Below are positions 35,610 to 47,330 of a DNA stretch of 64,000 nt, piece by piece (the stretch's first letter is position 1; every line of letters begins with the position of its first letter). The DNA is from Gammaproteobacteria bacterium (GTDB taxonomy: Bacteria; Pseudomonadota; Gammaproteobacteria; Nitrosococcales; Methylophagaceae). The notes below the pieces were generated by a model. That model was not told the origin of the DNA. It did no database searches and saw only the letters and a list, made by a program, of their open reading frames with translations. The stretch is taken from contig JAQWIT010000004.1 of NCBI GenBank assembly GCA_029248745.1, positions 20,792 through 84,791 on the forward strand. Reading direction: 5' to 3'. The position numbers and the translations under genes are program-made.

Positions 35610-38429
35610 ATGAAAAGCATAAGTATTCGCGGCGCACGCACACATAACTTAAAAAATATCGATTTAGATTTACCGCGAGATGCCTTAATTGTCATTACAG
35701 GTCTATCTGGTTCAGGAAAATCCTCCTTAGCTTTTGATACCCTCTATGCTGAAGGCCAACGGCGTTATGTAGAATCATTGTCAGCCTATGCGCGGCAATT
35801 TTTGTCGATGATGGAAAAGCCGGACGTAGATCATATTGAAGGCCTGTCACCAGCAATATCAATCGAACAAAAATCAACATCCCATAACCCACGATCCACC
35901 GTTGGGACCATTACGGAAATTTATGATTATCTTCGTTTGCTATTTGCACGGGCGGGAGAACCACGTTGCCCAACGCATGATCTGCCGTTAGCCGCTCAAA
36001 CCGTCAGTCAAATGGTGGATGCCGTGTTGGCGATGAAGGAAGGTGAGCGGATGATGTTATTGGCACCCGTTGTACAGGATAGGAAAGGCGAACATAAAGA
36101 CATTTTAGAAAATTTAAGGGCGCAAGGGTTTGTTAGGGCGCGGGTTAATGGCCATGTCATAGAATTAGACTCTCCACCAGAATTAGAACTTCGAAAAAAA
36201 CATACCATTGAAGCTGTGGTTGACCGTTTTAAAGTGCGTCCTGATATCCAACAACGTTTAGCAGAATCATTTGAGACTGCTTTAAAAATGTCGGATGGTA
36301 TTGCACGTGTTGCTTTGTTGGATGATGACGATAATGAAAGTTTGTTTTCATCCCGCTTTTCGTGTCCAACCTGTGGCTATTCAATTCCAGAATTAGAACC
36401 GCGGATGTTCTCATTTAATAATCCAGCTGGGGCTTGCGGGACATGTGATGGTTTGGGTGTTAAACAATTTGTTGATCCGCAGCTGATCGTGGCGCATCCT
36501 GAATTAAGCTTATCTGCTGGCGCAGTCCGGGGCTGGGATCGCCGAAATGCCTATTATTTTCAACTGATGAAATCCTTAGCTGCCCACTACGATTTTGACT
36601 TAGATGTGCCTTTCGAAAACTTGTCTGACGATGTCAAAAAATTCGTACTTTACGGCAGTGGAAGAACAAAAATTGATTTTAATTATTTGAGTGACCGCGG
36701 CCGTAGTGTTAAACGGAGCCACGCTTTTGAGGGTGTGATCCCAAATATGCAACGTCGTTATCATGAGACAGAGTCCAATAGTGTTCGTGAAGAACTAGCA
36801 AAATATCATACGGTCAGAGCTTGTCCAGACTGTAACGGCGCAAGGCTAAATGAAGCTGCACGCCATGTATCTATAGAACAAACAAATTTACCTTCAGTGA
36901 CTGAAATGCCAATAGGTGAAGTGAAGGCCTTTTTTGAGCAATTAGTCTTGCCAGGAAAACGAGGAGAGATTGCAGCAAAAATCGTCGCTGAAATTGCTGA
37001 ACGGTTAACCTTCTTAGTTAATGTAGGCTTGGATTATTTAACCCTAGCCAGAAGTGCAGATACCTTATCGGGAGGAGAAGCACAGCGTATTAGATTGGCT
37101 AGCCAAATTGGTGCTGGCCTTGTCGGTGTCATGTACATTCTAGATGAACCCTCAATTGGCTTACATCAGCGCGATAACGATCGCCTTCTGGCGACATTAA
37201 CGCGGCTTCGTGATTTAGGGAATAGTGTCATTGTTGTCGAACATGATGAAGACGCAATTCGGTCTGCTGACTATGTATTAGACATAGGACCAGGTGCAGG
37301 CGTCCATGGCGGTGAAATTGTCGCTCAGGGTGCACCAGAAGACATTATGAGTGTTGATGCATCATTGACGGGTCAGTATTTATCCGGTCGAAGAAAAATC
37401 GATGTACCAAAACAACGGCAAGCTTACGATGAAAAACGGTTAATTAGCTTAAAAGGCGCATCGGGCAATAATTTAAAGCATATAGATGTTGATATTCCCT
37501 TAGGCTTGATAACTTGTATAACCGGTGTTTCAGGATCAGGAAAATCAACATTAATTAACGATACATTACTGAAGTTAACATCGAAGGTATTAAATAGGGC
37601 CTCTGATGAACCTGCACCCTATGAAACGATTGAAGGCCTTGGCCAATTAGATAAAGTCGTGGCAATCAACCAAAGTCCCATTGGCCGTACACCGCGATCT
37701 AATCCTGCGACTTATACTGGTATCTTCACGCCTGTTAGAGAACTATTTGCCAATACACCTGAAGCCAGAGCCAGGGGCTACACGCCAGGGCGCTTTAGCT
37801 TCAATGTGAAAGGGGGAAGATGTGAAGCCTGCCAAGGGGATGGTTTAATCAAAGTCGAAATGCATTTCTTGCCCGATATTTATGTTCCATGTGATGTCTG
37901 TATAGGCCAGCGTTACAACAGAGAAACACTCGATATTCGATACAAGGGTAAAACGATCACCGAAGTACTGGATATGACGATTGAAGAAGCGAGCGAGTTC
38001 TTTACCAATATCCCCGTTGTGGCAAAAAAATTAGATACGCTAATGGACGTCGGACTGACATATATTAAGCTGGGTCAAAATGCGACGACACTTTCTGGCG
38101 GTGAAGCGCAGCGGGTGAAATTAGCAAAAGAATTATCAAAACGGGATACCGGTAAAACGCTGTATGTACTCGATGAGCCGACGACGGGCTTACATTTTTT
38201 TGATATCGAACAGCTACTAAAAGTGTTGCATCGCCTGCGTGACCATGGCAATACGGTGATTGTGATTGAGCATAATCTTGATGTCATTAAGACCGCAGAT
38301 TGGGTGATTGATATGGGGCCGGAAGGGGGGGCTGGTGGCGGCACCATTCTCGCGACAGGCACGCCGGAAATTCTTGCAAAACATAAAACGTCACACACAG
38401 GGCATTATTTAAAAGCGTTGCTTAGCTAA
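35610..38429 (+). CDS. uvrA: Excinuclease ABC subunit A
   Basis: Two ABC modules ([18 protein letters not shown]) and Cys zinc modules; 939 aa. Confidence 0.98.
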   Translation: MKSISIRGARTHNLKNIDLDLPRDALIVITGLSGSGKSSLAFDTLYAEGQRRYVESLSAYARQFLSMMEKPDVDHIEGLSPAISIEQKSTSHNPRSTVGTITEIYDYLRLLFARAGEPRCPTHDLPLAAQTVSQMVDAVLAMKEGERMMLLAPVVQDRKGEHKDILENLRAQGFVRARVNGHVIELDSPPELELRKKHTIEAVVDRFKVRPDIQQRLAESFETALKMSDGIARVALLDDDDNESLFSSRFSCPTCGYSIPELEPRMFSFNNPAGACGTCDGLGVKQFVDPQLIVAHPELSLSAGAVRGWDRRNAYYFQLMKSLAAHYDFDLDVPFENLSDDVKKFVLYGSGRTKIDFNYLSDRGRSVKRSHAFEGVIPNMQRRYHETESNSVREELAKYHTVRACPDCNGARLNEAARHVSIEQTNLPSVTEMPIGEVKAFFEQLVLPGKRGEIAAKIVAEIAERLTFLVNVGLDYLTLARSADTLSGGEAQRIRLASQIGAGLVGVMYILDEPSIGLHQRDNDRLLATLTRLRDLGNSVIVVEHDEDAIRSADYVLDIGPGAGVHGGEIVAQGAPEDIMSVDASLTGQYLSGRRKIDVPKQRQAYDEKRLISLKGASGNNLKHIDVDIPLGLITCITGVSGSGKSTLINDTLLKLTSKVLNRASDEPAPYETIEGLGQLDKVVAINQSPIGRTPRSNPATYTGIFTPVRELFANTPEARARGYTPGRFSFNVKGGRCEACQGDGLIKVEMHFLPDIYVPCDVCIGQRYNRETLDIRYKGKTITEVLDMTIEEASEFFTNIPVVAKKLDTLMDVGLTYIKLGQNATTLSGGEAQRVKLAKELSKRDTGKTLYVLDEPTTGLHFFDIEQLLKVLHRLRDHGNTVIVIEHNLDVIKTADWVIDMGPEGGAGGGTILATGTPEILAKHKTSHTGHYLKALLS

Positions 38430-38430
38430 A

Positions 38431-39051
38431 ATGCCCCTAGAACAAGAAATGAAATTGTCTGTTGTAGGCAATGATGACGTTGACTTGATGCAACTGGGGT
38501 TTCAAAATTTTCAATGTTCAGGGATTAAAGAGCAAAGATTGGTTAGTACCTATTTTGATACACCAAATTTGATGCTACTAAAAAAGCATGTTGGGCTGAG
38601 GCTGAGGTTTGACGGTCAGCAGTGGTTCCAAACGGTCAAAGAATCAGGTCAGGTGAACAATGGTTTGCATCAACGTAATGAATGGGAAGATAAAATACCG
38701 ACTGACGATTTTGACTTAACGTTATTGAGACAAACACCACTGAGTGCTTTGATTGAAGACAAAACAATATGGCCGAATATTTCTCAATTATTTATAACTG
38801 ATTTTATACGCCAATCGATATTGGTTTCGGATGAAAATACTGAGGTTGAACTAGCATATGACAAAGGCACGATAAGTAATAAAGAAAAGACAACGGCCAT
38901 ACACGAGATAGAACTTGAACTCAAAAGAGGTGATATTAGCCAGTTACAGTTTTTATCAGTTCAATTGATGATGCAATTACCGTTAAAGGCTACAGAGAAA
39001 AGTAAAGCACAGCAAGGCTATGCTTTGCACAGTACTAAGGTACAGTTGTAA
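38431..39051 (+). CDS. CYTH-domain protein (triphosphate tunnel metalloenzyme, YgiF N-terminal-like) without a CHAD domain
   Basis: ExExK start motif (EQEMK) and IHEIELELKRGD. The protein ends where CHAD would begin in YgiF-type proteins. It starts 1 nt after the uvrA stop. Confidence 0.75.
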   Translation: MPLEQEMKLSVVGNDDVDLMQLGFQNFQCSGIKEQRLVSTYFDTPNLMLLKKHVGLRLRFDGQQWFQTVKESGQVNNGLHQRNEWEDKIPTDDFDLTLLRQTPLSALIEDKTIWPNISQLFITDFIRQSILVSDENTEVELAYDKGTISNKEKTTAIHEIELELKRGDISQLQFLSVQLMMQLPLKATEKSKAQQGYALHSTKVQL

Positions 39052-39110
39052 GGGAATAGCTGATTAAGTTAGAGTTTGTTTAAGGTCAATGAACTTCGAA
39101 AGGGTAAGTT

Positions 39111-39591
39111 ATGTATAAAAAACTATTATCAGTAGCACAGCTCACTTAACGGCAACAGCGACGAACCATTTAGGACTTACTGCAACAATCGATATGACCT
39201 TTAGTGGTTATCAGACTGATGCTGACTATGTAGGGCCAAAGAAATTTGGCGGAAGAACGATTGACACATCAGACTGGACCTATTATTGATTTGTAGAACA
39301 AGGTTCGACGGTTACGATCGATTCAGTGACCTATTACTTAGGTATGGTTATGTTAGGACAGGTCCTGTTTTGCAAATTGGTATAGGTGCAAATGATAAAA
39401 ACTTAGCATTTGGTGCTTCTACATGGCTCGATGTCTTGAGTGATCAAGCTCGCCAGAATAAATTGTTTGGAAACAAACATTGGGATTTAAATATGAACCA
39501 TACAGCTGTACCAGTCCCTGCAGCAGTCTGGTTATTGGGTAGTGCATTACTAGGTTTTGTTGGCATGAGAAAAAAAGCTAAACAAGCTTAA
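39111..39591 (+). pseudogene. Fragmented secreted protein with a VPLPA/PEP-CTERM-type sorting tail
   Basis: MYKKLLSVAQLT* (stop 39147). A second frame is open over 39119-39289 and ends in TGA 39287. A third frame (39265-39591) ends ...HTAVPVPAAVWLLGSALLGFVGMRKKAKQA. Confidence 0.65.
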
Positions 39592-39633
39592 AGGTTTAAA
39601 CTAAATTGAATATTAAAAAGCCCAAAAATAGAT

Positions 39634-40524
39634 TTAACGAGCACGCACACCCACATCAGTTTCAAATTTCCATGTACGGATAATCGTAATGACATCATTG
39701 TCCTGCAGAATATCATCAGGGATAGGCGCATAAGGTGCACCTATGCGGACAATCTTAATCGCGGCTTTGTCTAAAATATCATGTCCGGAAGAGCGCGAGA
39801 TAACGATACCATTGACCGGAACACTACCATCAGGGTTGATATCAACAGAAAGCATCAGACTACCATTGAGACTTTTTCGCTTAGCTTCTTTGGGATAATT
39901 TATATTACCAATGCGTTCGACCTTTTTGCGCCACGCTTCGTGATAGGCAGCGGCAGAATACTGCTTTGTGCGTGGAGATAAATAGCGTCTTTTAGGCTTC
40001 TTACTTGATTTTTTTGCGGCTTGATTGAGCTTTTGGTTGAGCATCTTAATATCGCTTTTTGCTTGCAATATAAGGTCACTAGCCTTTAGCTGTGGTGGTG
40101 TAGGAAGTGCCACATCAATAACGGGTTTCACCCTGTCATCTAACTGCTCAGTGGTTAGAATTTGTCTTTCAGCCTTTGCTTGCGTAAGCACTTTTGCAGA
40201 TTTTTCGATAGGGGCTGGTGGCGTAGGTTTAGTCTTGGAAGCTTGAGCAGAAACGGGATTGGCATGTTTAGCATCGGGCTTGGGGTCAGGGGCTTTTTTA
40301 TCTGTTTCTCCACCGCCTTCATTATTAGCCTGTGCTAAAAAATCAGCTTCTTCTGGCTCGATTTCAGTTTGTTGTTTGACCAACGTGATATCGAGGCTGG
40401 TTAAAGAGGGATTGTTTGGCGGTGAAGAAACGGTAAAGCCAACACCGAGCAGGATGACGAGATGAATAATTACCGAAAAGAATAAGGTGAAGTTTAATCT
40501 AGCGGTCGGTGCAGTTTTTTCCAT
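39634..40524 (-). CDS. TonB-family energy transducer (gshB-linked TonB3-like type)
   Basis: N-terminal TM segment, Pro/Lys-rich spacer, and a C-terminal TonB fold with the YHEAWRKKVERIGNINYP motif. Confidence 0.78.
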   Translation of the reverse strand: MEKTAPTARLNFTLFFSVIIHLVILLGVGFTVSSPPNNPSLTSLDITLVKQQTEIEPEEADFLAQANNEGGGETDKKAPDPKPDAKHANPVSAQASKTKPTPPAPIEKSAKVLTQAKAERQILTTEQLDDRVKPVIDVALPTPPQLKASDLILQAKSDIKMLNQKLNQAAKKSSKKPKRRYLSPRTKQYSAAAYHEAWRKKVERIGNINYPKEAKRKSLNGSLMLSVDINPDGSVPVNGIVISRSSGHDILDKAAIKIVRIGAPYAPIPDDILQDNDVITIIRTWKFETDVGVRAR

Positions 40525-40533
40525 AAGTTAACG

Positions 40534-41574
40534 TCAATCTATGGCTCTTATAATGGCAGCTGAATCGTGATTAATAAAGGTGACGCGCTCAAACATATCA
40601 GGACTGACCTCTATTTCACCATCAGGCCGCACAAGCATAACATGCTTAATTCCCATCGCCGCAGCGATATGTGGCCAATTGTGACCGGCAACAAACAGAG
40701 CGGTCGCTGCTGCATCAGCTATAGCTGCATTATCATTTAATACCGTTACAGAAGTCGCCTGATCCGCGGGACGACCAGTACGGGGGTCAAGAATATGAGG
40801 ATACCGTTGACCTTGATATTCAAAAAAGCGTTCATAGTCACCCGAGGTAAAAACACTCTCATCTCCTTTAATGGCAATGGTGGCTAGCATGCCATCCTGT
40901 CTGGGATGGCGAACACCAATGATCCAAGGACGTTCGCCATGTTGCCCAATCGCACGTAAATCACCACCAATATTGACCAAAGCATTGTGGATACCTTGAT
41001 TTTGTAAAGTGAGGATGGCCTGATCAACAGCAAAGCCCTTAGCAAAACCACCAAAACCAAGCTTAACGTTGGGGTTGTGACTGCTCAATTGACCATTTTG
41101 AATTGTAATGGCTTTCATATTGGGTACATTCAGTATCCAATCATCAATTTGTTGTTGCGTGGGAGGAGGGCGAGAGTCGAACCAATTATCTTGATGGAAC
41201 CCCCATAATTCAAAAAGTTTACCCGCTGCCGGATTAAACAAATGTTCACTATTTTGAGCTAATGATGTTGCGAGCTGAATCAAATCGGCGATATCTTGGT
41301 TGATCGTAATAGTCTGTTGATCGGCAATGGCTCGGTTTATATCGTGAAGCGTGCTCGGTCGCCATGCATGCCATGTGTTATCGACAGCAGAGAAGCTGCC
41401 TTCGAGAGCATTGACAGTGTTGTTAGCAGCTTCTTCTGAAACACCATAAAGACTAACGTCGATTTCGGTGCCAAAGGCATAAAACTTAGCTTGTCTTGCC
41501 CCCGGCTCATTGCTACAAGCAGTAATGAACGCCAGACATAAACCAAAAAATAGAAAACGTAGAGAGAGGATCAT
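40534..41574 (-). CDS. apbE: FAD:protein FMN transferase ApbE (lipoprotein)
   Basis: Lipobox AFITAC and ApbE-family length and motifs (GGFAKG, TSGDYERFF). Confidence 0.87.
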   Translation of the reverse strand: MILSLRFLFFGLCLAFITACSNEPGARQAKFYAFGTEIDVSLYGVSEEAANNTVNALEGSFSAVDNTWHAWRPSTLHDINRAIADQQTITINQDIADLIQLATSLAQNSEHLFNPAAGKLFELWGFHQDNWFDSRPPPTQQQIDDWILNVPNMKAITIQNGQLSSHNPNVKLGFGGFAKGFAVDQAILTLQNQGIHNALVNIGGDLRAIGQHGERPWIIGVRHPRQDGMLATIAIKGDESVFTSGDYERFFEYQGQRYPHILDPRTGRPADQATSVTVLNDNAAIADAAATALFVAGHNWPHIAAAMGIKHVMLVRPDGEIEVSPDMFERVTFINHDSAAIIRAID

Positions 41575-42518
41575 AAATGTTGTTCAATACGGGCCATTAA
41601 GTCACTGGCTATATTTAAACCAAACTGCCGATCTAACTCACGGATACAGGTCGGACTAGTGACATTGATTTCAGTTAAATAATCTCCAATGACATCAAGA
41701 CCTACGAAGATAAGTCCTTTTTCACGTAATTTAGGTCCTACTTGCTGGCAAATCCAGCGATCATTTTCAGTGAGCAGACGACCCTCTGCACGGCCCCCAG
41801 CAGCTATATTTCCCCGTGTTTCTCCTTCAGCCGGAATACGAGCCAATGCGAATGGAACAGGCTCACCATCGATCATCAAAATACGTTTATCGCCTTGGAC
41901 GATATCGGGAATATAACGCTGCGCCATAACCGATTTTTGACCGTGCTCGGTTAAGGTTTCAATAATGACACTTAGGTTGGGATCCTGTTCCTTAATTCGA
42001 AAAATTGAGGCTCCGCCCATACCGTCTAGCGGTTTGAGGATGATGTCACCATGTGTTTGATAAAAGTCTCTAATCAAAGTGTCTTGTCGTGTCACCAAAG
42101 TATCTGGACAACATTCAGGGAACCAGGCGGTGAATAACTTTTCATTTGCATCCCGCAAACTCTGTGGATTATTAACGATTAAAACACCAGCAGATTGTGC
42201 CTGTTCTAGTAGGTAAGTACTGTAAATATATTCCATATCGAAAGGCGGGTCTTTGCGCATTAACACAACATTGAGTTCACTTAATGCCACCGTCTTAGTT
42301 TCACCGAGTTCATACCACTGCTCATTATTTTCAATGACAGTCAATGGCCTAACCGTAGCGCAAGCAACACCTTGTGATAAAAATAAATCACTTTGCTCCA
42401 TGTAGTATGAAGCCCAACCTTTTGCCTGAGCAGCAAGTAACATCGCAAAACTGCTGTCTTTTTTGATATTGATTGCTGAGATGGGATCCATCACGATGCC
42501 GAGTTGAATTTGCGCCAT
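41571..42518 (-). CDS. gshB: Glutathione synthetase
   Basis: ATP-grasp fold; 315 aa; typical GshB N-terminus (LGIVMDPI). Confidence 0.94.
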   Translation of the reverse strand: MAQIQLGIVMDPISAINIKKDSSFAMLLAAQAKGWASYYMEQSDLFLSQGVACATVRPLTVIENNEQWYELGETKTVALSELNVVLMRKDPPFDMEYIYSTYLLEQAQSAGVLIVNNPQSLRDANEKLFTAWFPECCPDTLVTRQDTLIRDFYQTHGDIILKPLDGMGGASIFRIKEQDPNLSVIIETLTEHGQKSVMAQRYIPDIVQGDKRILMIDGEPVPFALARIPAEGETRGNIAAGGRAEGRLLTENDRWICQQVGPKLREKGLIFVGLDVIGDYLTEINVTSPTCIRELDRQFGLNIASDLMARIEQHL

Positions 42519-42683
42519 GTTTACCTTCAGGGTTTGAGGAATATGAACAGATTTTACCTGAAATTCATTTTTAACAGGTTTGCATCAGCAAAAATAGCAT
42601 TATTCGGAGGCTGACACGGGCATAGCGAACGGATATTCGCTATAATCAGAGCGTTTTGATTTTTAGATTGTGACTTTTAACTG

Positions 42684-43622
42684 ATGACTACAAATGCTGC
42701 ACCGGTGGCACAAACACCAAAGACGTTCCAAGAATTAATATTAAGGCTTCAGCAATATTGGGCAGAACAAGGCTGCGTATTGTTACAACCTTATGATATG
42801 GAAGTGGGCGCAGGCACCTTTCACCCTGCAACATTTTTACGTGCAATAGGGCCTGAACCATGGAGTACAGCCTATGTACAGCCTTCACGTCGCCCTACAG
42901 ACGGACGTTACGGCGAAAACCCGAACCGTCTTCAGCACTATTATCAATTCCAAGTGGTATTAAAGCCTTCACCCGATAATATTCAGGAACTGTATCTGGA
43001 ATCGCTAAAGGTATTGGGTCTCGATACATCTATTCATGATGTGCGTTTTGTTGAAGACAATTGGGAATCACCGACCCTCGGCGCTTGGGGACTCGGCTGG
43101 GAAATTTGGCTTAATGGCATGGAAGTCACGCAATTTACCTATTTTCAGCAAGTAGGGGGGTTAGAATGCCGTCCGGTGACAGGCGAAATCACCTATGGTC
43201 TTGAGCGAATTGCTATGTACTTACAAGGCGTAAGTAGTGTTTATGATCTTGTTTGGTCAGATGGGCCTATGGGCAAAGTGACTTATGGCGACGTTTTCTT
43301 ACAAAATGAAGTTGAAATGTCAGAATACAATTTCGACTATGTACATATAGAGAGTTTATTCACAACGTTTGATACCTGTGAACGAGAAAGTGAAAAAATG
43401 ATTGAAGCAGGGCTACCTCTTCCAGCTTATGAATTAGTATTAAAAGCGTCACACACATTCAATTTATTGGATGCCCGCAAAGCGATTTCTGTGACAGAGC
43501 GTCAACGCTTTATTTTACGTGTTAGAACACTGGCCCGTGCTGTAGCACAAGCCTACTTTGACCGCCGTGAGTCTCTTGGTTTCCCGATGTTAGAAACAGC
43601 AGATACGGGAGAAAAATCATGA
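42684..43622 (+). CDS. glyQ: Glycyl-tRNA synthetase alpha subunit
   Basis: Highly conserved [18 protein letters not shown]-terminus. Confidence 0.97.
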   Translation: MTTNAAPVAQTPKTFQELILRLQQYWAEQGCVLLQPYDMEVGAGTFHPATFLRAIGPEPWSTAYVQPSRRPTDGRYGENPNRLQHYYQFQVVLKPSPDNIQELYLESLKVLGLDTSIHDVRFVEDNWESPTLGAWGLGWEIWLNGMEVTQFTYFQQVGGLECRPVTGEITYGLERIAMYLQGVSSVYDLVWSDGPMGKVTYGDVFLQNEVEMSEYNFDYVHIESLFTTFDTCERESEKMIEAGLPLPAYELVLKASHTFNLLDARKAISVTERQRFILRVRTLARAVAQAYFDRRESLGFPMLETADTGEKS

Positions 43623-45697
43623 GCGAAACACGTGATTTATTAATTGAACTAGGCACGGAAGAGCTACCCCCTAAAGCTTTATCGAAATTAATCAATGCCT
43701 TTGAAATAGGTATTGAGCAAGATCTGAGAGAAGCAAAGTTAGGTTTTGAGCAAATACAGGCTTATGCTGCACCAAGGCGTTTAGCTGTTGTTGTTGATGG
43801 TTTAGCAACAAAACAACAAGATCAATTGATCGAACGTCGTGGTCCAGCTTTATCAGCAGCATTCGATGATCAAGGACAACCAACAAAAGCAGTACAAGGC
43901 TTTGCTAGGTCCTGTGGTGTTGAAGTGGATGCACTAGAAACATTAGAAACCGATAAAGGCGCGTGGCTGGTTTTTAGACAGGAACAAAAAGGCGCAGAAA
44001 CCAGTGCGGTTATCGGTGATATTTTACAAAAAGCATTAGCGGCTTTACCGATCCCGAAACGTATGCGTTGGGGAGATTTACCGGGTGAGTTTGTGAGACC
44101 GGTTCATTGGCTAGTGTTGTTGTTCGGGAATGACGTTATCCCGCTTGAAATATTAGGTGTTTCTTCGGGTAAAACAACACGAGGACATCGTTTTCATCAT
44201 CCTGAAGAGATAACGATTGCATCGCCACAAAGTTATGCAAAACAATTGATGGATGATGGGTATGTTGTGGTCGATATGTCTGAAAGACAAGAGATTATTC
44301 GACAACAAGTTGTCGATTTAGGAGAGAAGTTAGGCGGCCAAGCAGTTATTAATCAAGATCTGCTAGATGAAGTGACGGGATTAGTGGAGTGGCCTGTTGC
44401 CTTGTCGGGAGAATATGATCGCCGTTTTTTAGAATTACCGGCTGAAGCATTAATCTCTTCCATGGAAGAACACCAAAAATACTTTGCAGTTAGAGACAAA
44501 GACAATACGCTACTGCCTTATTTTATTACGATTTGTAATATTGAGAGTAAAGACCCAGCCCAAGTAGTGGCGGGTAATGAGCGAGTGATCTTGCCGAGAT
44601 TGAGTGATGCTGCTTTCTTTTGGGAAACGGATCGAAAACAGGCTTTAATTGATTCACAAGATAAGTTAAAAACGATTGTCTTCCAAAATAAATTAGGCAG
44701 CGTCCACAACAAATCAGAGCGGGTCGCGGACCTAGCTGAATCGATTGCTAAACAAATTGACGGAGATGAATCACTGGCACGCCGGGCAGCCATGTTAGCG
44801 AAATGTGATTTAGTGACGGAAATGGTCGGGGAATTTCCGGATCTACAAGGCATCATGGGTCGTTATTATGCACAACTTGATGGTGAACATGATGAGGTTT
44901 CTGAAGCCCTAGACGAACAATACCTACCACGTTTTGCCGGTGATAAATTACCACAAACCAGAACGGGCCAAGCACTAAGCCTGGCTGAAAAAATCGATAC
45001 ACTCGTCGGTTTATTTAGTATTGGCCAGCCACCAACAGGGGTTAAAGACCCTTTTGCACTGCGTCGCGCAGCATTGGGTGTACTGAGAATCATCATTGAA
45101 AACAACTTAAGGCTTGACCTCGAAACACTACTGACATCGGCTCTAAACAACTTAGGTGATATTGCTACCGAGAAAGACTGTGTTGATGCGGTGATGCAAT
45201 ATCTTTTCGAACGTTTACGTGGTTATGCACTAGAGCATGGTTATCAATCAGATGTGTTTGAGGCCGTATTAGCAATGAAACCGACGGCCCCAATTGATTA
45301 CATGGCGAGGTTGGCAGCGGTTGCTGATTTTCGGACATTAGACCAAGCAGATTCTTTGGCAGCGGCCAATAAGCGAATTGGTAATATCTTACGCAAAAAT
45401 AATGCGGAACAAAGTGGGGCAGTTATTGATGCTCAATTGCTAATAGAACCGACAGAAAAGGCTTTAGCCGATAAGGTGAAATCAGTACAGACTCAGGTCG
45501 CACCACTACTAGCTGAATCGGATTATACGGCCGTATTAACAGAGTTGGCCAGTATGCGAGAAACAGTTGATGCTTTCTTTGATCAAGTGATGGTCATGGC
45601 TGAAGATGTTGCAGTGAGGGAAAATCGTCTAGCGCTATTAAATCAAACACGTGCTTTATTTTTAGAAATCGCAGATATATCGTTGTTACAAGCTTGA
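43619..45697 (+). CDS. glyS: Glycyl-tRNA synthetase beta subunit
   Basis: 692 aa; ATGA overlap with glyQ; [14 protein letters not shown]-terminus. Confidence 0.96.
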   Translation: MSETRDLLIELGTEELPPKALSKLINAFEIGIEQDLREAKLGFEQIQAYAAPRRLAVVVDGLATKQQDQLIERRGPALSAAFDDQGQPTKAVQGFARSCGVEVDALETLETDKGAWLVFRQEQKGAETSAVIGDILQKALAALPIPKRMRWGDLPGEFVRPVHWLVLLFGNDVIPLEILGVSSGKTTRGHRFHHPEEITIASPQSYAKQLMDDGYVVVDMSERQEIIRQQVVDLGEKLGGQAVINQDLLDEVTGLVEWPVALSGEYDRRFLELPAEALISSMEEHQKYFAVRDKDNTLLPYFITICNIESKDPAQVVAGNERVILPRLSDAAFFWETDRKQALIDSQDKLKTIVFQNKLGSVHNKSERVADLAESIAKQIDGDESLARRAAMLAKCDLVTEMVGEFPDLQGIMGRYYAQLDGEHDEVSEALDEQYLPRFAGDKLPQTRTGQALSLAEKIDTLVGLFSIGQPPTGVKDPFALRRAALGVLRIIIENNLRLDLETLLTSALNNLGDIATEKDCVDAVMQYLFERLRGYALEHGYQSDVFEAVLAMKPTAPIDYMARLAAVADFRTLDQADSLAAANKRIGNILRKNNAEQSGAVIDAQLLIEPTEKALADKVKSVQTQVAPLLAESDYTAVLTELASMRETVDAFFDQVMVMAEDVAVRENRLALLNQTRALFLEIADISLLQA

Positions 45698-45739
45698 GTA
45701 TGGCAAGCTTATACTAAATCGGACGTAATCAATCACGAC

Positions 45740-46294
45740 TTGGAGAAAGCTGTGTCACTGATAATTTTAGATCGAGATGGTGTCATTAATCATGATTCAG
45801 ACGATTTTATTAAAACGCCTGCTGAGTGGGAACCGATAGAAGGCAGTCTCGAAGCGATTGCTAAATTAACCTTTGCGGGTTACCGCATTGTTGTTATTAC
45901 TAATCAATCAGGTATTGCAAGGGGCCTATTGGATGTCGATACCTTAAGTCGAATCCACAGCAAAATGCGCCGGATGGTGTTGCAGTTAGGCGGTAAATTA
46001 GAAGCTATTTTCTATTGCCCCCATGGCCCTGATGATGGCTGTAATTGTCGAAAACCATTAGAAGGCGCATTCAATGAATTAGCGCATCGTCTTCGAATTG
46101 ATGTCAAAAACGTCCCAGCAATTGGTGATTCCCTACGTGACTTACAAGCTGCACAAGCAGTGGGGGCGAAGCCTATTCTAGTGAGGACGGGTAAAGGTGA
46201 AGTGACTTTAGCCGATCCAGAATGTCCAGAAGATGTCCCTGTCTATGACAACCTGGCGATCGCGGTAGATGCCTTATTAGAGAGCAATGCTTAA
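45740..46294 (+). CDS. gmhB: D-glycero-beta-D-manno-heptose-1,7-bisphosphate 7-phosphatase
   Basis: HAD motif LDRDGVIN and Zn site CPHGPDDGCNCRKP. The start is uncertain (TTG 45740 or GTG 45752). Confidence 0.9.
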   Translation: MEKAVSLIILDRDGVINHDSDDFIKTPAEWEPIEGSLEAIAKLTFAGYRIVVITNQSGIARGLLDVDTLSRIHSKMRRMVLQLGGKLEAIFYCPHGPDDGCNCRKPLEGAFNELAHRLRIDVKNVPAIGDSLRDLQAAQAVGAKPILVRTGKGEVTLADPECPEDVPVYDNLAIAVDALLESNA

Positions 46295-47049
46295 TGCAAT
46301 TTGCCCGATCGTTATTATTTGCCAGCCTACATGCGGTCACTGCGGTCCTATTTTCATTTATCAGTTTATTAGTATGGCCATTGCCATTTAACTGGCGCTA
46401 TAAAGTCGTTAGCCAATGGGCCATATTAAATTTATGGTTATTGAAGGTAATTTGTGGCATTCGCTACGAGGTTGAAGGGAGAGAAAACATTCCTGATGAG
46501 CCGTGTATTATCATGGCAAAGCACCAGTCCACATGGGAGACTTTGGCACTACAAGCTATTTTCCCGCCTCAAGTTTGGGTACTAAAACGGGAATTATTGT
46601 GGATTCCTTTTTTTGGCTGGGGATTGGCCTCATTAAATCCAATAGCGATTGATCGTGGGGCAGGTAGAAAAGCACTTAATCAGGTGATAGAGCAAGGTAG
46701 ATCTAGATTGGCATCAGGTGCATGGGTTGTTATCTTCCCTGAAGGAACACGTATTCCAACAGGCCAAATGGGCAAATTTGGTATGGGGGGCGCATTTTTA
46801 GCAGCTGAAACCGGTTATGCTGTGATTCCTGTAGCACACGATGGGGGAAAATCCTGGCCAAAACATGGCTTTTTAAAATACCCAGGTGTGATTAGATTGG
46901 TGGTTGGCGATAAAATAACGTTAGATGAGCAAATCGAGAAAGCCTCTGATATTAATAAAAATGTTTATCAGTGGATGGAAGCTCAAATGACGCAATTAGA
47001 AGGTAAGAAGCCAGACACTGCACCGTTGAGAAAGGATGGGAATAAGTGA
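46294..47049 (+). CDS. plsC: 1-acyl-sn-glycerol-3-phosphate acyltransferase
   Basis: KHQSTWET and FPEGTR acyltransferase motifs. Confidence 0.87.
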   Translation: MQFARSLLFASLHAVTAVLFSFISLLVWPLPFNWRYKVVSQWAILNLWLLKVICGIRYEVEGRENIPDEPCIIMAKHQSTWETLALQAIFPPQVWVLKRELLWIPFFGWGLASLNPIAIDRGAGRKALNQVIEQGRSRLASGAWVVIFPEGTRIPTGQMGKFGMGGAFLAAETGYAVIPVAHDGGKSWPKHGFLKYPGVIRLVVGDKITLDEQIEKASDINKNVYQWMEAQMTQLEGKKPDTAPLRKDGNK

Positions 47050-47330
47050 CGAGATCTGATGGTATGCTTAGACTATTGTTGGTAGATGATTCTTTAACAG
47101 AAGCTGATAATGTCACCAACACATTGCGTAGTGCTGGCCATGCTGTTCGTGCTTCACGAGAAGACACTTTAAGTGGGATTGAATAAGCATTAACACAGCA
47201 GACATGGGATTTATTAGTTTGCCGTGTAGCGTTGGCAAGTGTTCCGCCACGTGAACTCGTCAACTTCGTCCAGCGTCTAGGACGAGACTTACCTTGTATC
47301 GTTATGACATCTGGCCAAGATGATAAGGTA
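47046..47330 (+). pseudogene. 5' fragment of a response-regulator-like (degenerate receiver, FimX-type) gene with an in-frame TAA
   Basis: MLRLLLVDDSLTEADNVTNTLRSAGHAVRASREDTLSGIE*ALTQQTWDLLVCRVALASVPPRELVNFVQRLGRDLPCIVMTSGQDDK. The stop is at 47184-47186, and the receiver fold breaks off near 47325-47330. Confidence 0.65.

Noticed and set aside
42622-42646. Perfect 8-bp inverted repeat (atagcgaa-N6-ttcgctat) overlapping a TATAAT hexamer upstream of glyQ, considered as an operator/promoter pair.
   Set aside because: No acceptable -35 element sits at a 16-18 nt spacing, and there is no known regulator for glyQS in gammaproteobacteria. It could be coincidental.
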